This document shows, piece after piece, positions 12,852 to 24,149 of a stretch of DNA of 64,000 nucleotides. This stretch comes from Chiloscyllium plagiosum (Eukaryota), in the NCBI RefSeq assembly GCF_004010195.1, contig NC_057711.1, positions 80,663,523-80,727,522 on the forward strand, read 5' to 3'. The notes beneath the pieces were generated by a model. It was not told where the DNA came from. It saw only the letters and a list, made by a program, of their open reading frames with translations, and searched no databases. Every line of letters begins with the position of its first letter. The stretch's first letter is position 1. A program made the translations under genes and the position numbers.

Positions 12852-13835
12852 TAAGATAAAGCATCAGAAATTAAGCCATTCAGCCCATAGAGTCTGCTCC
12901 GCCATTCAGCCATGACCGATAAGTTTCTCAACACAATTGTCCCACTTTCTCTCCGTAACCCTTGATCACATTGACAACTAAGAACCTATCTATCTCCGTC
13001 TTAAATATACTCAATGACCTGATCTCTACACCTGTCTGTGGCAGTGAATTCCATAGCTTCAACACTCCCTGGCTAAATAACTTTCTCTTTATCTCTGTTC
13101 TAAAAGGTATTCCCTTTACTCTAAGGCTGTGCCCTCAGGTCTCTCCTACCAATGAAAACACCTTTCCAACATCCACTCTGTCCAGGCTGTTCAGTATTCT
13201 TTATATTTCAATTAGATCCGCCCTCATCCTTCTAAACTCCATCGAGTATAGACCCAGAATCCTCAAACATTCCTCATATGTTAAGAATTTAATTCCTGGG
13301 ACCATTCTTGTGAACCTCCTCTAAATATGTTCCAGGGCCAGTACATCCTTCCTGAGATATGGGGCCCAAAACTGCACTCAATACCTCAATACCCCAAATG
13401 TGGTCTGACCAGAGCCACATAGAGCCTCAAAAGTTTTATATTAATTGTCTCAAAATTAATGCCATCATTACATTTGCCTTCGTAACTATTAAGTCAACCT
13501 GCAAGTTTACCTTAACAGAATTCTGGACTGGAACACCCAAATCTCTTTGCACTTCAGACTTCTGAATTTTCTCTCCATTTAGAAATAGTCCATGCTTCTA
13601 TTCCTCTTACTAAAGTTCATGACCTCATACTTTACCATGTTGTACTCTGTTTGCCATTTCTTTGCCCATTCTCCTAACCTGTCCAAATCTTTCTGCAGCC
13701 TCCCTGACTCCTCATTACTACCTGCCCTCTACCTACCTTTGTATCATCTGCAAACTTAGCCAGAATGCCCTCAGTTCCTTCATCTAGATCATTAATGTAT
13801 AAAGTGAAAAGTTGTGATCCCAACACTGAGCCTTA
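12852..13835 (-). mobile_element. CR1 LINE 3' fragment, tail-to-tail with the previous copy
   Basis: Reverse strand has ggctcagtgttggga (GSVLG), tttgcagatgatacaaag (FADDTK) and a CR1 3' UTR. Confidence 0.9.
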
Positions 13836-14119
13836 CAGATCAACACTTGAAGTGGAGCTCATTTGAGGTGAACATCACTTATACCAAATGAATCACAAAT
13901 ATTGTGTGGTATTTAATACAAAGTCAACATGCTAACAAATTCACGTCTAATTCCATGATTGGTGAATTGCATTCAGAGGATAGGACAAGCATGATTTGTT
14001 ACAAAAATTGACTTATCACAAGGATATTGGAAAGTTCCATTTACTGATACAGCCAAATGAATATTAATTATAGAAACACTGGACTGGATTTATCATAAAA
14101 TGACAATATTCTATTCAGC

Positions 14120-14830
14120 AAAATCTGGGAAGAACAAAATACTTAAAGGGATAGGTACATTAGATACAGGTAAGATAATTCACTTGATGATAGATAGGGT
14201 AGATTCACGTAAGATGCTTCCCTTGTTTGTCCTAGAATTGGGGGCACAATTTAAAAATTAGGATTGTGATAATTAGAAATGCTTTACCTAGGTTGTGAAT
14301 CTTTGGAATACTCTTTCTCAGAAGGCCAAGGAAGCTCAGAATATGTTAAGGTGGAGAATGATTGATTTCTAGTTGTCAATTGCATCAGTTGGTGTGATAT
14401 GAGTAAAAAGCATTGAGGTATTCAGTCAGCTATGATTATATTATATGGTGGAGCAGGCATGACAGATTCAATGTGCTACTCCTGTTGCTACATTTGCATA
14501 TCTAAAATCTTTAGGAAATTGTTATTTAAATGAAACATATCATTTTAGTTACTTTTGGGGGGGGAGCATATGTGACAGAATCTAACACTGTTTCATTGGA
14601 GTTTCACTTAAAAATAGTTAATGTTTCATAGAGTTTCATACAACACAGAAACAGATCCGGCAGTCCAACTAGACCATGCCAACCAGGTTTTACAAACAAA
14701 ACTAGTCCCATTTTCTTGTGTTTTTCCCATACTCTTTTAAACCCTTCCTATTTATCTACATATCCAAATGTCTTTTAAACATTGGAACTGTATCTGTATA
14801 TAGCACTTTCCCTGGCAGTTCATTCCACAT
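14120..14830. mobile_element. Two short decayed CR1 3' ends (+ about 14120-14490, - about 14625-14830)
   Basis: Resemble the CR1 3' UTRs elsewhere in the window. Confidence 0.6.
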
Positions 14831-15040
14831 ATGATCAATTCCACCAAGGACAATCATATGGAGATGTTTTGACAAGAGCAAATAGCATTTGACTATGTCC
14901 AATAACTAACTACCATGGTAACCAACTTTAAAAATAAAACATTTGATCTATCAAGCCAGCTTTTATACTTGGATCTGATTTGTTCTGCATTCCCATTATC
15001 AGGTATTATAACAGATCCTACAAAATTATTTAAGCCTTAC

Positions 15041-15186
15041 CTTTGTGCTCTTACTTAGGAAATAGAACCTTTTTCTACAAACTTATGTCATGACTTTGTT
15101 CACATTGAGTCTGCAGTTGCCATGTCCATTAAATGTTTCAAAATATGCCTTTTCTCCTTGTATACTTGCAGGTCATCATCCTCGAC
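15041..15186 (-). pseudogene. Harbinger-like Myb/SANT ORF relic
   Basis: Ends CRKRFYFLSKSTK|gtaagg, resembling QCRKRFNDLxRSxK|gt of Harbinger Myb exon 1; has stops and a frameshift. Confidence 0.4.
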
Positions 15187-16215
15187 CTAAAAGATACTTA
15201 AATTCATCATGCACAAAGACTTAAGAGTGCCTAGCTAATAACATGATATTTTCTCACTGAATGCTGAAACATTATTTATTCCTATTAGGCATGGTCCAGC
15301 TGGATAAATGACTCTTCGGGCATTCATACTGGCTAAATGGTTTATTAGCTACCTGAGAAGTGCTAAGGAATCATTATTACAGACATATTATTATATGCTG
15401 ATAATTTTTGATACTTTGATGCGCAAGTACATTCTCAAGAAATTATTTAATCAATTATGTACGTTCCTGGAACTTCATTTGTGCCCCATTAATTTCGATG
15501 AATTATAATTATGCATCGCATTTTAGTGGAAATGTGATTTTCAATACCGAGAGATCAAGGGAAGTGTTACAAATTTTTGAATTTCTAATGCTCTGGTATA
15601 AATGCTATGATACAAACCAATAGCACGTGTGTAGAAAATTCAAGGTATTTTTCCATGTGGTTTGTTTGATATATTTCCCACACCAGATCAGCTTCAAGAT
15701 GGGTGCTTAATAGGTTAGAAAAAAACAACAAAAGCATTTAACTCCCATGCATAACAGGCTTTAAAAAATGGCAACAGCTAAATACTCTTTATCAGTGTTG
15801 TAACAAATAACACTCCTGTGCTTTAAATATCTGCTGTGAATGTCCTGGAATAATGCAGTTAGGAAATGCCAGAAGCTGATTAGCTGCCTGTTGGCATGAT
15901 GGGAATATTCATATCACAGACTTCCAGAAACAAACAGTATAAATTCCTCAAGGTGCTATGTTAAGATAATTCACACTTAGCAGCCGTAATTCACTAATTA
16001 GACATCTCATGAGTATGAAGCTTAAGATCGATTTATTTTTGACCACAATTAGCAAAATAAACTACCAGAAACAGTTTAAAAATAATTTACAACTTATAAC
16101 ATGGCTTCAGGTCAACAGAGATCCCTGCTGGTGTGAACATGAACTATATTTGACTTTGAATCCAAAGCAGAAAGAGGGAGAGGGTACACAAACTCACTGT
16201 ACCAGGTATTCACTA

Positions 16216-16228
16216 GTTGCTTAGCAAC
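16216..16228. promoter_or_regulatory. RFX X-box-like palindrome
   Basis: GTTGCT-T-AGCAAC in non-repetitive sequence. Confidence 0.35.
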
Positions 16229-16496
16229 CCACATAAGCTGCCTCAGGGAGTCAAAGACTGCAGGTTAAAATGTTTTTTTTCTTTTATGTTTAATATCTAG
16301 GCTAGTGATAGGGATGATAGTTAAATATGTAGGCAGTGGGGAGAGACAGAGCACACAAATTTATTGAAGCATTTGTTTTTAACCTTGCAAGGACAGGCAG
16401 TTTGATGGATCCAGAATACTTTCAAGATCTATACAGCATGAAGAAATGTAAAGGCTGTAAAGGTCAGATGTCTCTCAGTAAATATTATAAATTATG

Positions 16497-17146
16497 ATTT
16501 GGAGGTACCAGTGTTGGACTGGGGTGTACAAAGTAAAAAATCACACAACACCAGGTTATAGTCCAACAGATTTATTTGGAAGCATGAGCTTTCAGAGCGC
16601 TGCTCCTTCATCAGATGGTTATGAAGTATAAGATCATAAGACACAAAATTTATAGCAAAAGTTTACAGTGTGATGTAACTGAAATTATATATTGAAAAAG
16701 ACTGGATTGTTTGTTAAATCTCTCATCTATTAGAATGACCATGTTGGTTTCAGTCCCTTTCTTAAAAGCTACATTCTCAAGTGAATTTTAACAATAGGTG
16801 CCATGTCGTCTCAGATAATGCATTGAAGGTGTGAGGTGTCCTGTGTGAGACTGTCTGTGCCCCAATGTTCAGACTGATTCCATTTTTTAAAAATGATCTA
16901 CAGAATCTGACATGGATTCATGCAGTTTTTGAGCAAATTAAAATTCGCTCACACACAGTCCCACACCCACACATGCATCCTCTCACAGACTTATACCCCT
17001 TTGCACTCACACTCACATACATATGCACACTCTCTCACAGACGCTCATACCTCCCCATACATGCATACATACACACATGTGCGCGCACGTGCGTACACGT
17101 TTGTGGAGTGAATTTGTACTTGCAGAATTACATTCTGCTCAAAAAC
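16497..17146 (-). mobile_element. PLE family A 3' region with hammerhead (16586-16614) and an inverted 5' part
   Basis: 16497-16945 is the reverse complement of the 23095-23547 family; 16947-17146 matches 23015-23105 in direct orientation. Confidence 0.75.
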
Positions 17147-17169
17147 GATTACTTCCTCTTGAACTAAAC

Positions 17170-17600
17170 AATCTTTTAATGGAAGGTCAACCTGAAATGG
17201 TAACTATGCAAAGTGTTTTCCCTAGGCAGAGACCAGCTTGTGTGCCCACAAGGCAGTAGATCCTCTAGAAGCTGCATTGTCATCAAATTCTGATATCATC
17301 CCATACACTTCTAGGTTTCACCAGGCACATTTGAAGGAGAGTTGAGAACCTTCTTGAGAGTGAAAGGTACTTATATTTGCAAACAAGCAAGTAAACCCTG
17401 TTTTATCAACCGATGGGACTTCTTCCTGAGTTGTCAGCAACTCACTATGGTCTCCAAGGTGACGGTACAACAGGGAGCTTTCTTCACTGAAACTGACAGT
17501 CTGGGAAGACTTTGGTTAGTGAAACTGAAGAGCTGCAGCCATGGCCAGTTGGGAGGTTGCTGATCATGGCACTCCTACTCAGAGACTGTTCAAAAATGTG
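17170..17600 (+). pseudogene. Harbinger (HARBI1-like DDE) transposase relic
   Basis: FLRVKGTYICKQASKPCFINRWDFFLSCQQL resembles FPRVQGAIDCTHV...FINRKGFHSLNVQL; catalytic Asp lost. Confidence 0.42.
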
Positions 17601-18599
17601 CATTCAGATTAAGTTCTAAGTAGTCTACTGGGGCTTCTGTTCCTGATTAAGCAGCATTTCAGGTGAACTTGCTTCTTCCTGTGTGGTATTTAGCTTTCAA
17701 TTAACTCATTTGTTTAATATACACAGGTGGTTTAATATAGTTTGACAATGCACAATATTGCCACTTCTGGATCCACTTTGGAAATCCACTGTGACCAACA
17801 ACAATTGACAAAAAATTGGCCTGCCATTAGCATATCTCCAGGGGAAAAATATTTAGATTGGATTTTTTTTTGTACTCCTGATGTCAAAGGTGAAATTGCC
17901 AAAAATTAGTTTCCTCACAGCAAACTTAAATTTCCTGTATAACCCTGACTCGAGCTATCCTACACAGGCAGGAAGAGGTTTGGTCTAAGTTTGAATCACG
18001 ACTTGACATGGACATCCGCTGTCATCTGGATCACATTGACAGCCCTTGGCGAATTTATATTTAATATATCATAACATCTTTGTTGGGTCTGGTCATATCT
18101 GCAAGTCTTTTTAAATCCCCTCTTATCTGAGAGTTCATGAGCAATGGGGGAAGCCTGTAAGGAACATTCCTAACAGCATATTAAAAATGTTTTGACTTAA
18201 AATGTGAATATTATATTTTGCATTTCAAGACAAATGTATATTTACTGCAGTGATTAATCAAAGGGCTTTCTTTTGCAAAGTTGATGATTGATCAGCATTT
18301 CCCATTGGAAATATTAACATGGTAAAATCAAATTGGCCTGCTTCCACACTACAGGAATTTTACAACTCTATGAAAACTGGAGGAAAATATGTTCTTGCCA
18401 AGATCTAGAAAAGATTTGGATAAGGATATCAATGTCAAATGTAAATAAGTACTTAAAGTTTTTTTCAATGGCCCTGTTGCATAAACTTAGAATAAATCCA
18501 ACCACCTATTGCACTTCTTTAATTGACAGGCCATCTGGTTTGAAATTAAAAAAAAGCACATCTCGTGTTTCAGTTTCCAAGGTTCCATTGTCGAGAGTT

Positions 18600-19170
18600 G
18601 CAAGGGTGTGTTTTGATAGCTGAGACTATTATGAATGCATGGTTGAGATTCAAAAATGTGCCTTGATGAAGTATTGCCCTGAGATTTGTATTCAACTCCA
18701 TTGACTAAACGATGAGAGAGATTTGGAGAAAGTATAGGGATAAGCCATAAAACTAACCTCCAGAATTAGAGGACTAAAGTATGGGGAGATAATAGAAAGA
18801 TTTGACCTGTTTCCTTTAAAAACAGATGACGAAGGTATAAATACATAGGATGATAAATGGTTCTGGAAAATTCTGTATTGTTTGCAGACGCAGAGGCAAA
18901 GTTAACATTCGTAATTATAACAGACTATTTGTTCCAACAGAAGGGATTAATTCATTCCCTAGCAAGGATTGTATCCTCATCTGGCATGTGCTACATGTGC
19001 TGCAATCTCCACAAATATGGGTAGTTCAGAAAAGATAAAAGAAACATACTTCAGAATTGATTCATTAGACCAATTTTACATCCAACTGATACAGGAATAG
19101 GAACATTGGAATAGAGAAAACTGATCTCAGGTGTATATAGGAAAATGGGTCAAATTACTATTCTCTTGTT
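18600..19170 (+). mobile_element. Very old CR1 3' fragment
   Basis: ttggagaaagtataggga...ggactaaagtatggggagata resembles LExVQ...GLxYxERL. Confidence 0.5.
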
Positions 19171-20029
19171 ATAGACCACTTATATTTGAATAAAAATTAA
19201 AAGATCAGTGATTAACTAGGTGAACTATACCACAGGTTTTCATCTGGGAACTACATAAACAAATTAAATATTTTATTTTGAAAAAAAGGTACACCTTCTG
19301 TCTGCGTTACAAGTTTAAATATTGGACATTCATTGTAATGTTTTCATTCACAGTTAACTGATTATGTAAGTTAACCTCCTGTAAAGAGCTTGTCTTTGCA
19401 TTAGAGTTTCAGTTTCTTAACCAGGTTTTTCCATTTACAACTTTAATTCCCAAGCTAAACATTGCTTCAAAAATGCATATATAAATGATAAAACCTCATG
19501 ATTAAGACACTGATGCCAGGAAAAATTCAAAAATACTTCAGTAATATGATTTGCTTTCATTTATATAACTAAACAAATTACATTTAAATAAAATATTGCT
19601 GAAAAAATATTTTTGTTCCTCTTTTCACCTTGTATTCATCAGGACAAATGCAGGAATGCCAAATTTCAAAAGAAGCAACAATTTATACTGAATGAAAGAA
19701 AGGTCCAACAAAGCAAGTTGACATATTGCCATAAAGAATACACCATTGAATTATTACATCACACACTTTTGTTTAATTCAAACAAGGTGTCATGCCTGAT
19801 TATGGACGTTTTGCTTGCAAAGCATAGATCCTTGCATATGAATATATATAGTTTCTAGCATGTATAAGGTAGCCACATTGTAAATTCACCTGATAATCTT
19901 AAATGAGCTGTTAGTGTAGCAGATACAGTAGTAGAGAGGAAGAATATCCTTTACAGGCTAAGGATGTAAAAGACCTACAGCTGAGAGAAAAAGTGGAGGT
20001 ACCGTTACATAGATCAGTGTATTCTCCAG

Positions 20030-20192
20030 TCCACCCTTCTCCACCCTTCAGGCTCTCTGCCTATATTCCTGATGAAAGGCTTTTGCCTGAAACGTCGATT
20101 TTACTGCTCCTCGGATGCTGCCTGAACTGCTGTGCTTTTCCAGCACCACTCTAATGTAGAATCTGGTTTCCAGCATCTGCAGTCCTTGTTTT
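20030..20192 (+). mobile_element. PLE end family B with hammerhead (20069-20096)
   Basis: CTGATGA-a-AGGC-tttt-GCCT-GAAA-cgtc followed by the family B tail. Confidence 0.8.
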
Positions 20193-20197
20193 TATCC

Positions 20198-20735
20198 AGT
20201 CCAGTTGCCTGCCATTTTAACACATCGCCATGTTCCCTGCCTCGGGCTTGCTGCCATGCTCCAGCAAGCCTCAGTGCAAGCTGGGAAAACAGGAGCTCAT
20301 TTTCAATTTGGGAACCCCTGCAGCCTTCAGGATTTGGTATTGAGTTCAATCATTTTAGAGCCTGAACACTTTCTTCTGTGTCCTTAACCCAACCCCACAC
20401 CCCAGGTCCTGTCATGACATGTTTTTTTTTCAACACAGCCTACCCATTTTAACCACTCATAGTCCTCCTCTCTAGCTTATCTTCTTCCCTTGCTTATTAT
20501 CAGCCATCAGCTCTGTCTCCATCTATCCACTCACTCCCCCCTCTTCTTCCTTTTCCGTTACCTCCTCCCTGCCTTCAGCATAAGTACTGGATGCTATCAG
20601 CACTGAAGATGAGTCACTGGATTCAAGCCGTCAACCGTGTTTTCTCTCCAGAGGTGTTGCAAGAACTGTTGAGTTTCTCCAGCAATATCTGCATTTCTGT
20701 ACTCAGATTCCGGCATACATGGTTATCTGTTTTAT
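20198..20735 (+). mobile_element. PLE 3' fragment: GIY-YIG C-terminus plus family C end
   Basis: PVACHFNT...KQELIFNLG/LQPSGFGIEFNHFRA, then degenerate CTGAAGA-t-GAGTC-actg-GATTC at 20603-20625. Confidence 0.75.
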
Positions 20736-20759
20736 TTTATGCAACAATTTCCACAGTGC

Positions 20760-21810
20760 GATCAAGAAAAGTTTGCACATCAGTAATTCGTAGGGAAGTA
20801 GACTCTGCTGGACCTGGTTTGAGGAATGAGGTGAGTTAAGTTAATGAACATACATTTAGGGGATAATGGTCATAGCATCCTAAGTTTAGATTAGACATAG
20901 AAAGCCACAAGGAGCAATTCAGTGTTAAATATATAATAAGACTGGAGGAGGGCTAACTTCAGTGGGGTGAAAACAGATCTGGCCACAGTAAGTTGGAATC
21001 AGAGATGATCAGGCAACACTGTCTCAGAACAATGGGCTGCCTTTAAAGAAGAAATGGTTCTGGTGCAGTCCATGTATATTCCCTTGAAGGGGTACGATAG
21101 AGTGATCAAATTGAGAACTCCCTTGATGACGAAAGAGGTGGAGGGAAAATAAAGCAGAAAAAGGATGCATTTGATAGATGTCGAGCTGATAGTACAACTA
21201 AAATTAGGCTGAGTACAGACAGTTCAGAGAAGAATGAAGAAAAATGCAAATAAGAGAATATGATAAGAGACTAATAGCTAAAAATAAAAAGTAATCTTGA
21301 AGTCTTCTAAAGACATATAATTAACAAAATGTGAGTAAAAGGAGAAATAGGCCTGATTAGGGATCTAAAAAGAGGATTTACATATGTAAGTAGAAGAGAA
21401 TGCTGAGGCACTAGATGAATTCTTGTCATCTCTCTTTACCAAGGAAGAAGATGTTGCCTTAGTCTTTGTGAAAGAGGAGAAAGTTGAGATTTTGGACAGA
21501 ATAAATAGGGAGAAATTGTTTCCACTGGTGATCAAGAACCAGAGGACATCAATTTAAGGACTAAAAAATCAATGGTGATATGAGGAAAATTCTTTTTTTA
21601 ACAGCAAATGGTGTAGATCTGAAATGCACTGCCTCAGAGATTGTTTAAAACAGATTAATTGCAGCCTTCAAAGAGAATTGGATCAGAAGCTGATAAGAAA
21701 TACACATAGATAAGAGGCAGAGGAGTGGGACTGGATGAATTGTTTTTGCAGACAGCACAGGTACGACATGCTGAATGCCTTTCTTCTGTCCTATAATAAT
21801 TGCGTGATTC
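20760..21810 (+). mobile_element. Decayed, internally deleted CR1 ORF2 and 3' end
   Basis: Similar to 26050-26700 and to CR1 3' UTRs. Confidence 0.7.
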
Positions 21811-23014
21811 AATGACTATTGCAAAAACCCAACTTAATTGCTAAATCCTTCAAGGCCTTCAAGGAACTGGGCATCCTTACCTGGTCTAACATACAAAGTC
21901 CCAGTTCCGTACTGTGTGGTTGGCTCTTAAGGTCTTAGGACAACTGTGTAACTGAAGGGAGCAAATATTGGTTTGCCAGATCATGATAATACTTGATACC
22001 AATGTTGAAATACTTTCTCTTAGCTATGGAATGCTCTTTATTTGTGGAAAATGGGCCAGTGACAGGGCTAGTCCAAGCCATGAAGGCACTGGTCACACTA
22101 AAACCTACCAGACATTTGGTAGGACGTTCAGCAATGCAAATAAAATACAAAGGAGAAGAATTAAAGGATAGCCTAATCTGCAGACCTAGAGTTCCAGAGA
22201 ATTTAGATCATTTAGCAAGAAGCTTGTTGGCAAGGTGCGGACATTGTTTTAGATGAGAAATGCCATGTATATGTAGTCTAGTGGGAATGCAGAAGATGTT
22301 AAAGATATGTGCAAGATAAAGCTATCCTAATGCACCTAATTGCTTGACAAATGTAGAAGATCCCACTCATCCTGATCTAAACATAAAGGGTGACAGTATG
22401 ACACATCATCTTGAACTGGACATCAGTCAAGGTGTACATTCTGCAAGAGACTTTATTGTTAATCCTGACGTCAAACACAATGAGAATTGAGCAGCAGTGA
22501 TGCTGATTGATGAAGAACAGAGATACAAGGCAAGGCAAAGACACAATATGCTGAAAGCCTTCCTGATTTGCCTGGGGTTAGATGGCTTGCTTTCATATGG
22601 AGATTGGTACAGTGCCAAATTAATTAAACAGCCACTTGATTTTATGAACACAACATTATGAAGTGATTTGGGTGATGTGGAGGAGGTCAGTATCAATCAA
22701 TGCAATGTCACAGAATCTCATGAATGAGATCCAAACTGCAAGGTTCTGTCATGTTTACAGCAAACAAGAAGACATTTCAGAAACTCAAAGATATCCACAG
22801 TCGATATGTCAACAAATTATTACATCTTTTGGGCAGATATATAGAAGAGTGGCATGCATGAAGTAGCACAGAAACAACTTGGCGATTCAGCCAGCAGCAA
22901 TTTTGTAGCATCACAGAGATTTGGGTAAATGAAAGGTGATGCTAGTTTTGAAAGAACTTCCTCTCAAGCAGTTCACTGTTGCTAATGCAAGTGTAAAAGT
23001 GATTTGCATTTTTA

Positions 23015-23547
23015 TTTCACACACACAGACAGACAAAGACCCACACATATATTTTGTGGGGTGAATTTGTACTTTCAGGGTTACATTGTACTTTGTTCAA
23101 AAACTGCATGCATTCATGTAGAACTCAGCTCAAAAACTGCATGAATTCATGTAAAACTCCGTTATCTCACTTTTTAGATTAGAATCAATCTAAACATCAT
23201 GACATAGACAGAGAACACAGGGGGCCAACACCTTCAACAAATTGTCTAGCTATCACCATTGTTAATAGCTAACCCAAGAATGTAACTTTTTAAAAAATGG
23301 TTTTGTGATTTACACATGAAAGAAGTGAAACTATCACTGTATTCTAACAGATGAAAGGCTTAACAGACAATCAATTTTTAATGTATAATTTCAGTTACAT
23401 CACAGTGTAAATTTTTGCTATAAATTCTGTGTGTTAGGATTGAACCCTCCACTACCACCTGATGAAGGAGCAGCGCTCCGAAAGCTAGTGTGCTTCCAAT
23501 TAACCTGTTGGACTATAACCTGGTGTTGTGTGATTTTTAACTTTGTA
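23015..23547 (+). mobile_element. PLE family A 3' region with hammerhead (23456-23490)
   Basis: cac-CTGATGA-a-GGAGC-agc-GCTCC-GAAA-gcta-gtg; same tail as 1-104. Confidence 0.78.
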
Positions 23548-24149
23548 TTTTTAATGGCAGCTTTCGTGACCACTAGGTTTTTCAAAGATTTTACACCCTT
23601 TATAAACAAATATAAGCACGGTTATAATGTAAGAATGGAGAGGTAAGTTTGTGCATAAAACAAATTGGTAATAAACAAAGTTTAGGAGAGGCCTGTGCTT
23701 GTGTTTGTCACGAAGTCAAGAGCTCTGGGGAGAGATTTTCTTTTGTGGATGGAATTCCGAAGATTCACATTTTCAACTTGTTTGTCGAGGTTTCGTTACT
23801 AGTGGTTTAAATAACAACAGCAAGCATGTTCCTGGGTCCTTTATGCTTACAAGGCTGAATCTAGGAGTCGAAGGGATCAACATACCTTTAGTCAGAGCTG
23901 GAGAGTTGAGAGCCAACTGATAGAAATTCTGAGGAGGAGACTGTTTTCAGTTGCTGGGAATTTAAGTTAAGAGTTGGATTTTAAGATTTTTTTTCTCTTT
24001 TGCATGCTTAGTGTTAAAAACTGTATGGAAGGAAAGGGTGATTTTTTTTAATGTTTGGATTTACATTTTCTTCTTTTAGACCTTATATTATAGAATATAG
24101 GCTTTATATTCTCCCAGTATAGTGTCACAGCAACAATCAGTCTATAAAC

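Noticed and set aside
16947..17100. CA-rich ORFs
   Set aside because: Degenerate (CA)n tract inside the PLE copy.
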